Shown: piece by piece, positions 1 to 7,444 of the stretch
Numbering within the stretch: position 1 is the first letter of the stretch
How the letters are laid out: each line of letters starts with the position of its first letter
NCBI GenBank assembly: GCA_964394855.1
Contig: CAYMZD010000003.1
Span: forward strand, 22,607-86,606
Source: an uncultured Gammaproteobacteria bacterium
GTDB lineage: Bacteria > Patescibacteriota > Microgenomatia > Daviesbacterales > UBA10151
DNA length: 64,000 bases
Direction: 5' to 3'
Made by a program: the position numbers and the translations under genes
The notes under the pieces: generated by a model
Database searches by the model: none
What the model saw: the letters and a program-made list of their open reading frames with translations, nothing else
Told to the model about the DNA's origin: nothing

Positions 1-880
1 TTTTTTTTAATATTCTACTTAGATTAATAAGTATGTAAATGGGCGCTCTAAATGCTGCCATCGCTTGACCCTTAAAAGTTAAGTATCTTATGGTATTTAG
101 AATCACAAATAAGAATTTTAGCCAATTTAAATTAGTGAGAACTAATCTAGGAGGGTAGTTTTTTAAAACTGTCATCATTAAATTGCGAAAAGTCAGATAT
201 TCCATCAGTGGCAAATTTAAAGAAGAGGTGGCCATTCGCATATGATAAATTTTTGCTTTTGGTTCAAACCATCCCTTAAAACCTTGAAGTTGTGCCCGCA
301 AACAAAAATCAGCATCTTCCATATAGAAAAAAAAGTCCTCATCAAAAAACCCCACCCTTTTAAAAACCTCTCGCTTAAAAAGACTTCCCCCGCCACTGGT
401 TAAAAAAATATATCCTGGTTTATTAAATTTTATACTGTCTTTTTCCCCAACCCCCTTGGTAATCAAGTGGCCCACCACATCTATATCATCTCCAGCATTA
501 TCGATGATATTTCTTTTGTAAAAATTAAGCATCTTGGCAGAAACAAATCCTGTATCAAGATGGTTTTCGGCAGCTTCTACCAAATAATCAATACATCTTG
601 AATGAAGCTCTGTGTCATTATTCAATAAAAAAATATATTCTCCTTGGGCCTTTTTAATGCCTTTATTAACGGCCGTAGCAAACCCCAAATTTTGGGGAAG
701 TCTAATTACCTTAAAAAGAGGAAAGTTGTTTTCAATAAAATCTACTGAAGAGTCTGTTGACCCATTATCAACTATAATTACCTCAAAATTCTTAAGAGTT
801 TGTTTTACTAATGAGGGCAGACAAATTTTTAAAAGCTCTCTTCCATTCCAATTAGGAATAATGACCGATACTTTATTCAT
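1..880 (-). CDS. Family 2 glycosyltransferase (GT2), partial: C-terminus runs off the window start
   Basis: Minus-strand ATG at 880-878 overlaps the TGA of the upstream gene (ATGA). My own translation gives MNKVSVIIPNWNGRELL...VIIVDNGSTDSS...NLGFATAVNKG...LLNNDTEL...YMEDADFCLRA, a classic GT2 (rhamnosyltransferase-like) motif set. The frame stays open to position 1 and is absent from the ORF track only because it is incomplete. Confidence 0.7.
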   Translation of the reverse strand, partial: MNKVSVIIPNWNGRELLKICLPSLVKQTLKNFEVIIVDNGSTDSSVDFIENNFPLFKVIRLPQNLGFATAVNKGIKKAQGEYIFLLNNDTELHSRCIDYLVEAAENHLDTGFVSAKMLNFYKRNIIDNAGDDIDVVGHLITKGVGEKDSIKFNKPGYIFLTSGGGSLFKREVFKRVGFFDEDFFFYMEDADFCLRAQLQGFKGWFEPKAKIYHMRMATSSLNLPLMEYLTFRNLMMTVLKNYPPRLVLTNLNWLKFLFVILNTIRYLTFKGQAMAAFRAPIYILINLSRILKK

Positions 881-2730
881 TCCTTTAAAGTTACTTCTTC
901 GCTTTTTAAAGTTAGGTTGGGATTATAGTAAGGATCGTTTTGTAAAAGTTTCCCCCATTTTTGATGCATTAGTGCCACCTCCCTTAAAAATTCTTTTACC
1001 TTTCTTCCTCCTTCCCCTGGTTTACCAACTGATATTGATTCCCAATGTTTAAGGCAAGCTAGAGGTGTGTATAAATTATAAAGGCCTTTTTGAATGAGTT
1101 TGAGACAAAAATCAACATCATTAAAAGCTACTCTAAAAGAAGGGTCAAAGCCATTAACACTATCAAATTTTTGCCTGGAAACTAATAAACAAGCAGCAGT
1201 CACAGCAGATACATCCCTCATAGTATCAACCACTCTGGCATAACCGTTATTTACTTCTTTATTAAAGAAATTTTTAAATGGATGACCTGCTACCCCTTTT
1301 TTAACTAACCCTCCAGCAATCCCCAGAGTAACTCCCACATGTTGTATTCTCCCGTTGGGAAACAGCAGTTTACATCCAACAGCTCCAACTTCTGGGCGGA
1401 AGGCGTGTTCTAGCAAGCACTCTATCCAATCCGCAGTGAGAATTTCTGTATCATTATTTAAAAACAATAAATATTCCCCTTGGGCTGATTGAGCTCCAAA
1501 ATTACAAACAAGGGAGAAGTTAAACTGATCCTTCCAGTTGAAAACTTTTGTCCTTCTGTGTTGTTTTTTAATTTCATTATAAAGCTGCCACACTTTTTCG
1601 TCAGTTGATCCTGTATCTACAATTACCAGTTGAAAATTTTTATAGGTAGTTTTCTGTAAAATCGACCAAAGACACCTTTTGATAAAATGATATTGATTTT
1701 TGGTGGGAATAATAATTGAAACAAGAGGTAATTTTTTCAAGTTATATCTTAAATGCCAAAGACCAAGGTATTGGGATGGTAAAACTTTTCCTTTGTAGTT
1801 TCTCCTTTTCAAATCTTCTTCCAAAACTTTTTGTTGAACATTAAACGCATACATTTTATTCTTTTTAGCTCCTGTTTCTCCTGCTGATGATTGTTCGGAA
1901 ATTCTCCAGCTATACAAAACCTTCGGGATATGGGAAATCTTTTTAGTTAAAAAGATTATCCTTAAAAACAAATCCCAATCTTGGGCTCCTTCAAATCCTA
2001 TTCTAAAACCACCCACCTTTTTAATCAGACTGCGTCTTATCACTACCAAATGATTTAGATAATTAATGGAGCGAAGATAGTCGGGGCTCCAATCTGGCTT
2101 AAAAAAGGGGTCAAGATGCAACCTACTATCTGCTGTAACCTTATCTTCATCCGAATAAATCAAATCCGCTTGTCTTTGTTGATTAAGGAGTTTAACCACC
2201 TCATATAAAGCATTTGGCCACAAAATATCATCATGATCTAAAATGGCTACAAATTCACCGCTAGCCAACTTTAGTGCTGAATTAGAGGCTTGAGAGATGT
2301 GTCCATTTTGGGAGCGGAAAATAAACTTTATTCTGCTATCTTTTTTGGCATACTCTGCGATAATTTTTTTTATCTTGGGATTGCTTGAGCAATCATCTGA
2401 CAAACATAGCTCAAAATTGTCATACCATTGATTAATAACAGACTCAATACACTCACGTAGATATTTTTCCGGTGTATTAAAAGTGGGGGTAATAATGGAA
2501 ATTTTTGGTTGATATTTAATTTTTTTAAATTCTTTTTTTGAAGGATAGGTTTTTTTAAACCACTTTAAATACTGGGAATTCACAAAGGCGTTATAATCTT
2601 CCAAAATATCCTGCCTTTTTATTTTTAAAGCCACCACTTTTGGTCCTTGTGTCACCAAAGTAGTCAAAGCCTTAATAATTTTTTCCGGATGGGCCAGGGA
2701 AATTTTTGCTAATCTTGTAATTTCATCCAT
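877..2730 (-). CDS. Two-domain (tandem) GT2 glycosyltransferase, 617 aa
   Basis: Two separate GT2 cores are present. The first reads ISIITPTFNTPEKYL...LSDDCSS...ILDHDD, the second VSIIIPTKNQYHF...VIVDTGSTDE...LNNDTEI. The architecture resembles polymerising dual-GT2 enzymes. Confidence 0.75.
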   Translation of the reverse strand: MDEITRLAKISLAHPEKIIKALTTLVTQGPKVVALKIKRQDILEDYNAFVNSQYLKWFKKTYPSKKEFKKIKYQPKISIITPTFNTPEKYLRECIESVINQWYDNFELCLSDDCSSNPKIKKIIAEYAKKDSRIKFIFRSQNGHISQASNSALKLASGEFVAILDHDDILWPNALYEVVKLLNQQRQADLIYSDEDKVTADSRLHLDPFFKPDWSPDYLRSINYLNHLVVIRRSLIKKVGGFRIGFEGAQDWDLFLRIIFLTKKISHIPKVLYSWRISEQSSAGETGAKKNKMYAFNVQQKVLEEDLKRRNYKGKVLPSQYLGLWHLRYNLKKLPLVSIIIPTKNQYHFIKRCLWSILQKTTYKNFQLVIVDTGSTDEKVWQLYNEIKKQHRRTKVFNWKDQFNFSLVCNFGAQSAQGEYLLFLNNDTEILTADWIECLLEHAFRPEVGAVGCKLLFPNGRIQHVGVTLGIAGGLVKKGVAGHPFKNFFNKEVNNGYARVVDTMRDVSAVTAACLLVSRQKFDSVNGFDPSFRVAFNDVDFCLKLIQKGLYNLYTPLACLKHWESISVGKPGEGGRKVKEFLREVALMHQKWGKLLQNDPYYNPNLTLKSEEVTLKE

Positions 2731-3461
2731 TTTCGATATTTATCAATCACTTTTTCCGATTTTCCATCATCAATAATCTTACCCTTATCTAAAAGGATCA
2801 CTCTTTGACAAAACCTTTGAACCAACTCCATGGAATGGGAGATGATCACAATTGTAACTCCATTTTGGTGAAACTGCTCCATTTTTTTTAAACATTTCTC
2901 TTGAAAACCAATGTCTCCCACAGCCAGTATTTCATCAACCAATAAAATCTCCGGATTGATGTGAATAGCAATGGAAAAGCCAAGTCTCATATACATCCCG
3001 GAGGAATAATGCTTAACTGGTGTGTCAATAAAGTCTGCAATTTCCGAAAAATCTACAATATCTTTAAATCTTTCATCTATCTCTTTTTTAGATAAACCCA
3101 GTATAGTACCGTTTAGGTAAATATTATCTCGGCCGGAAAGTTCGGGATGAAAACCAGCCCCCAGCTCAATCAAAGGACTAATTCTACCATTAACTTCTAT
3201 CTTACCTTTGTTGGGTGTCAGTACACCGGCTATTAATTTTAAAATTGTGCTTTTACCTGAACCATTAACTCCAATAATCCCTATTGATTGACCTATCGGA
3301 ACCTTAAAACTAGCATCTTTAAGAGCCCAAAATTCTTCTTGGGCTTGTGGTTTAAAAAAATCCAACAAAGCTTGCTTTAAAAAAAGCTTTCTGCCTTTTT
3401 TGAATTTTTTACCCACCTTATTAAAGGAAATGGCTATGTTATTTTTCATATTAAATGACAT
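2709..3461 (-). CDS. Polysaccharide-export ABC transporter ATP-binding protein (Wzt/TagH/KpsT-like, NBD only)
   Basis: Walker A GVNGSGKST, signature YSSGMYMRLGFS, Walker B ILLVDEILAVGD. I trimmed the start to MSFNMKNN (the track start at 3518 would overlap wzm by 68 nt). Confidence 0.85.
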   Translation of the reverse strand: MSFNMKNNIAISFNKVGKKFKKGRKLFLKQALLDFFKPQAQEEFWALKDASFKVPIGQSIGIIGVNGSGKSTILKLIAGVLTPNKGKIEVNGRISPLIELGAGFHPELSGRDNIYLNGTILGLSKKEIDERFKDIVDFSEIADFIDTPVKHYSSGMYMRLGFSIAIHINPEILLVDEILAVGDIGFQEKCLKKMEQFHQNGVTIVIISHSMELVQRFCQRVILLDKGKIIDDGKSEKVIDKYRKWMKLQD

Positions 3462-4212
3462 CGCCAAAAAATTTGTCTCTGGTTTTAAAATAAATATACC
3501 CCAAAATAAGTACCACAAAAGCTAAAGTGCCAGAATAGGCAAAACTTGACCAATCCGGACCAGTACCAAATAGAATAGTGTTTCTATAGGCATCAATGAT
3601 ACCTGTCATGGGGTTAAGGTAAAATAGCATTTTTAAATCAGCTGGTATCAACTCCGGTGAATAAATAACAGGAGTTAGATACATCCAGATAGTTAAAAAA
3701 ACACCTAAAACATTTTCCACATCCCTAAAAAAAACATTGGTGGCAGATAATATTAAAGATATCCCCACCATTAAAATAAGTTGAATTATAAATACCAGGG
3801 GGACAAAAATTAAACTTGGGTGAAACCTAATTTGGTATAAAATTAAAAAAAATATTAGTATTAAACTTGTTAATAGAAGATCAATCATTTTGGCTGAAAT
3901 GGCTGAAAAAGGAATAATTTCTCTGGGGAGCTTAACTTTGGTAATTAGACTGGCATTAGACATGATACTCCCTGTGGCAGCGGAGATAGAATTTGTTAAA
4001 AAAATCCAAGGAACCAGGGCCACAAATAAATAAATTGGGTAGGGAATGCTTCCTGTTGGTACTTTAAATAGATGGGAAAAAACAATACTTAAAACCAGTA
4101 AGTTTAAAAGGGGAACTAAAATAGCCCAGGCATAACCCAGAACAGACTGGTTATACCTGGCTTTTATTTCTCTAAAAGTGAGCTGCCAAAATAAATCTTT
4201 GTACTGCCACAT
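3451..4212 (-). CDS. ABC-2 type polysaccharide-export permease (Wzm/TagG-like)
   Basis: Six-TM ABC-2 permease with the typical start MWQYKDLFWQLTFREIKARYNQSVLGYAWAIL. The track ORF extends to 4314 but that extension runs through a tRNA gene. The ATG at 4212-4210 is the plausible start. Confidence 0.8.
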   Translation of the reverse strand: MWQYKDLFWQLTFREIKARYNQSVLGYAWAILVPLLNLLVLSIVFSHLFKVPTGSIPYPIYLFVALVPWIFLTNSISAATGSIMSNASLITKVKLPREIIPFSAISAKMIDLLLTSLILIFFLILYQIRFHPSLIFVPLVFIIQLILMVGISLILSATNVFFRDVENVLGVFLTIWMYLTPVIYSPELIPADLKMLFYLNPMTGIIDAYRNTILFGTGPDWSSFAYSGTLAFVVLILGYIYFKTRDKFFGDVI

Positions 4213-4216
4213 ACTG

Positions 4217-4290
4217 TGCACGCGTCTGGATTCGAACCAGAGACCTCTTGCGTGTGATGCAAGCGCTCTAACCGACTGAGCTACGCATGC
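4217..4290 (-). tRNA. tRNA-Val (anticodon CAC), 74 nt, no encoded CCA
   Basis: Hand-folded cloverleaf on the minus strand. Acceptor GCATGCG/CGCGTGC with one G-U pair, D-arm GCTC-AGTCGGTTA-GAGC, anticodon stem CTTGC/GCAAG with loop ATCACAC, T-arm TCTGG-TTCGAAT-CCAGA, discriminator A. Confidence 0.85.
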
Positions 4291-4304
4291 TCTGATTAAA
4301 TAAC

Positions 4305-4333
4305 ATTCTAGCATTACTACTATTGCATCTCAA
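4305..4333 (-). promoter_or_regulatory. Candidate sigma70-like promoter for tRNA-Val: -35 TTGAGA, 17-nt spacer, -10 TAGAAT
   Basis: Read by eye on the minus strand. The -10 ends about 14 nt upstream of the mature tRNA 5' end. It lies in the 68-bp divergent intergenic region shared with lepB. Confidence 0.25.
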
Positions 4334-4358
4334 GTCAAAATAAATTAAGCTTTTCTTT

Positions 4359-4967
4359 ATGGATGATAACCTTTATGCACCTAATATGGACTTTCCTCAA
4401 GAGAACTACCCTAAAAAAAGTCCCAACGGCTTTTCATCTCATTTGGTTGATTTTATTCAAACACTGGTCATCTTTGGAGCCATTTTTGCAGTCATTTATC
4501 TTTTTATTGCTCAACCTCACAAAGTTTCTGGGAACTCCATGCTGCCAAATTTTCAAAATGGAGACTATATTCTGACTGATAAAATATCTTACCGATTTAC
4601 TAGTCCCCAAAGAGGAGAAGTGATAGTTTTAAAAAATCCCCGAAATGAGGCTCAAGATTTTATTAAACGAATTATAGCTTTGCCACAAGATACTATTAAG
4701 ATAGAAAACAATTTTGTTTATGTTAATAATCAGAAAGTCACTGAACCATATTTACCAAATAATATTTCCAGTTCTGTGGAAGGTTTTTTAATGAATGGAG
4801 AAGAAATAGTAATGGCCTCAAATCAATATTTTGTCATGGGTGATAACAGAATGCACTCATCTGACTCTAGACAGTGGGGACCAGTGACCAGAGAAGAAAT
4901 TATCGGCAGAGTTTTTTTTAGATACTGGCCTCCATCAAAATTTGGGCTAATTAAGAATTATCCTTAA
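4359..4967 (+). CDS. lepB: Signal peptidase I (S26 family)
   Basis: N-terminal TM helix, Ser box GNSMLPN, Lys box KRIIALPQD, and C-terminal GDNRMHSSDSRQWGPV. Confidence 0.85.
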   Translation: MDDNLYAPNMDFPQENYPKKSPNGFSSHLVDFIQTLVIFGAIFAVIYLFIAQPHKVSGNSMLPNFQNGDYILTDKISYRFTSPQRGEVIVLKNPRNEAQDFIKRIIALPQDTIKIENNFVYVNNQKVTEPYLPNNISSSVEGFLMNGEEIVMASNQYFVMGDNRMHSSDSRQWGPVTREEIIGRVFFRYWPPSKFGLIKNYP

Positions 4968-5805
4968 TATTAAAATACCCCACCACTGCCTTGTGTATCT
5001 CCTGTAAGGCTTCTGTTGTCTTTGGTGGAAAGCCCTCCACCGTGATCTCCAATCTAGCCTTTGTGCCTGTTTGGGTACATTTTACTCTGGATTTAATTGT
5101 TTGAGATAAAATATTAGTGAGGTCTTTTTCGATATTATCAACAGTTTCTGAAATTATATGCATTCCCGCCACCACAGCCGACTTTTTGGGACCCATACCA
5201 ACTTTAGCCCTCATTCGGCGAACCAATTCTTCTGTACCTCTCACAGATAAATTTCTCTTCAAGACTTCCTTATAAGCTTCTATTAGAAAATGAGGATCTT
5301 CCAACGCTGATAAGGCTCTGGCATGACCTTCGGTTGTTTGACCGGACATTAGAGCATCCTTGAGAGCATCTGGTAGAGTTAAAAGTCTAATGGTATTGGA
5401 GATATAGGAGGGGCTTTTGCTAACACGTTCCGAGATCTCGGAGTTACCCAGACCAAACTCATCCATTAATCTTTTATAAGCTTGAGCTCTTTCCAGCGGG
5501 TTTAAATCAACTCTTTGAACATTCTCCACAATAGCCATTTCTAACATACCCTGGGGAGTAGTTTCACGAATAACTACTGGTACTTTAACAAGACCTATTA
5601 GCTTAGCTGCTCTCCAGCGACGTTCCCCAGCCACAATCTGATACCCAGCTGGTGTTTTTGCTACTACCAGGGGCTCTAAAATACCATGTGCTCTGATCGA
5701 TTCAGCCAACTCTGATAGGGATTCAGGGGTAATCAGTCCCCGAGGCTGCAAAGGGTTTGGTTCAACCAAGTCAATATCCAATTCAAAAGTTTGTTCTTCC
5801 ATCAT
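4951..5805 (-). CDS. parB: ParB/Spo0J chromosome-partitioning protein
   Basis: ParB-box motif [12 protein letters not shown], a helix-turn-helix region and N-terminal [10 protein letters not shown]. The 3' end overlaps the lepB 3' end by 17 nt (convergent). Confidence 0.85.
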   Translation of the reverse strand: MMEEQTFELDIDLVEPNPLQPRGLITPESLSELAESIRAHGILEPLVVAKTPAGYQIVAGERRWRAAKLIGLVKVPVVIRETTPQGMLEMAIVENVQRVDLNPLERAQAYKRLMDEFGLGNSEISERVSKSPSYISNTIRLLTLPDALKDALMSGQTTEGHARALSALEDPHFLIEAYKEVLKRNLSVRGTEELVRRMRAKVGMGPKKSAVVAGMHIISETVDNIEKDLTNILSQTIKSRVKCTQTGTKARLEITVEGFPPKTTEALQEIHKAVVGYFNIKDNS

Positions 5806-6047
5806 AAAACATTAACAAGTATCTTGTTTTGCCTTTTTAAGAACTTAACTTGACCAGGGGAGACAGCAAAAATTGTGTAGTCGTTTCCCTGTTTTGTGCC
5901 AACTCCCGGGAAAACTTTATTACCTTTCTGCCTGACAATAATGTTTCCTGGTTTAACATTCTCTCCATCGAAAAGCTTCACGCCTAAACGTTTAGATATT
6001 GAATCTCTATTTGTTTTGGTTGTTCCTCCGCCCTTTTTGTGTGCCAT
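5802..6047 (-). CDS. rpmA: 50S ribosomal protein L27
   Basis: [24 protein letters not shown] is the canonical L27 N-terminus. The stop overlaps the parB start (ATGA). Confidence 0.9.
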   Translation of the reverse strand: MAHKKGGGTTKTNRDSISKRLGVKLFDGENVKPGNIIVRQKGNKVFPGVGTKQGNDYTIFAVSPGQVKFLKRQNKILVNVL

Positions 6048-6057
6048 GTTTGAGTTT

Positions 6058-6345
6058 TCACACCTGCCAAATCACTTTGACAATTTTTGCTCTTGATCCC
6101 CGCACTTTTCGATAATTGGCCTTCGCGTGAAACTTAGCCACTCTGGTTTTCCTGCCCTTTTCCTTACTTGTAACCTCAATAGGTAATTTAATATCAAGGT
6201 AAGGTTTACCTACTTGAAGTTTCCCATCCTCGGCTAAAAGAAGTACTTTAGTCTCAAATTTTTCTGGAGATGTTAAGGCTATCTCTTGTCCTGGACTAAT
6301 TTTATATTGTTTACCAGCAATTTCACAAATAGCATATTGCAACAT
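6058..6345 (-). CDS. rplU: 50S ribosomal protein L21
   Basis: [20 protein letters not shown] is an L21-like start. Its size and its position immediately upstream of rpmA fit L21. Confidence 0.8.
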   Translation of the reverse strand: MLQYAICEIAGKQYKISPGQEIALTSPEKFETKVLLLAEDGKLQVGKPYLDIKLPIEVTSKEKGRKTRVAKFHAKANYRKVRGSRAKIVKVIWQV

Positions 6346-6367
6346 GCCCCCAATTTTAAACCGAAAA

Positions 6368-7444
6368 CTACCTCATGTCAATCCTAGCCCGGTGACTCTC
6401 TACAGAAGCAAGTAGCCCCAGGGAGATAAGAGTACTGATGAGCGAACTTCCGCCATAGGAAATTAAAGGTAGGGTAATCCCCGTGATTGGCAGAAGACCG
6501 ATATTCATACCAATATTAACCACAGTCTGAAACATTAACACAGCACTCACTCCAATTGCTATCAGATACCCCAAATAATTTTGAGCTTGCAGTGCCACTT
6601 TTAGGCTATAGAAAATTAGAAAAAGGTAAATAATTATTATGATAAGCGTGCCCAAAAAACCTAATTCTTCTGCCATAGAGGCAAAAATAAAATCAGTCCT
6701 ATATTCTGGTAAAAATTGTAATCTACTTTGGGTACCATAACCCAAACCTCGGCCTAAAAATTGTCCAGAACCAACTGCAATAATAGATTGAATAGCCGTA
6801 TAGCCGACCTGGAGAGGATCACTGCCTGGTGACAAAAAAGTATTTATTCTTTGCTTCTGATAATCGTGTAGCGAAAGCCATACCACAGGCAAGATAAAGA
6901 CAAATAGCAGTATTAGGGTGAGCATTTTTTTTAGTGATATGTTGGAAGCAAAAAGCATAAACGACCACAAAGCTACGATGGTAATAGTCGTGCCTAAATC
7001 TGGCTGTTTAAATATCAGAAAAACAATTGGTAAGGTAAGCAGGATGCTTTTTAAAATATTAATCCATGTAGGTCGATTAAACGCCCAAAAAAAACTTAAA
7101 ACAAGTATCAAAACTGGTTTGGCAAATTCTGAAGGTTGAATATTAAAAATTCCCAAAGGAATCCAGCGAATAGAGCCCCGAGATTCTATTCCCAAGATAA
7201 AAACCAGGATAAGTAATAAAATTATCACAAAATAGCTTGGTTTAATAAAATTAACCAGAGTTTGATAATCTATTTCGGAAATTAAAAAATACAAAAATAT
7301 ACCAACGATGGCAAAAATAAGTTGCTGCAAGCCTAAGTTAAAAGAGGTGGAAAAAATGACAGATACACTAAAGGTTAAAAGCAAAAATAAACTGATTGTA
7401 ATTGGCCAATTTATGAATTTAAGCACCATTTCAAATTTTAGCAA
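6368..7444 (-). CDS. rodA: SEDS-family peptidoglycan polymerase (RodA-like, outside the dcw cluster)
   Basis: About ten TM helices and a conserved C-terminal SEDS block GSGQFLGRGLGYGTQSRLQFLPEYRTDFIFASMAEELGFLG. The start may instead be MVLKF at 7429, which would avoid the 14-nt overlap with ileS. Confidence 0.7.
   Translation of the reverse strand: MLKFEMVLKFINWPITISLFLLLTFSVSVIFSTSFNLGLQQLIFAIVGIFLYFLISEIDYQTLVNFIKPSYFVIILLLILVFILGIESRGSIRWIPLGIFNIQPSEFAKPVLILVLSFFWAFNRPTWINILKSILLTLPIVFLIFKQPDLGTTITIVALWSFMLFASNISLKKMLTLILLFVFILPVVWLSLHDYQKQRINTFLSPGSDPLQVGYTAIQSIIAVGSGQFLGRGLGYGTQSRLQFLPEYRTDFIFASMAEELGFLGTLIIIIIYLFLIFYSLKVALQAQNYLGYLIAIGVSAVLMFQTVVNIGMNIGLLPITGITLPLISYGGSSLISTLISLGLLASVESHRARIDMR

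Noticed and set aside
612-1052. 146-codon plus-strand ORF
   Set aside because: It lies antisense within the well-supported minus-strand GT2 gene (1-880) and reaches into the next gene. It has no recognisable motifs and the peptide is low-complexity, so it is an antisense artefact.
4213-4314. N-terminal 34-codon extension of the Wzm ORF (track start at 4314)
   Set aside because: The extension reads straight through the tRNA-Val gene. Its peptide (MLECYLIRACVAQSVRALASHARGLWFESRRVHS) is just the tRNA translated. The real start is the ATG at 4212.
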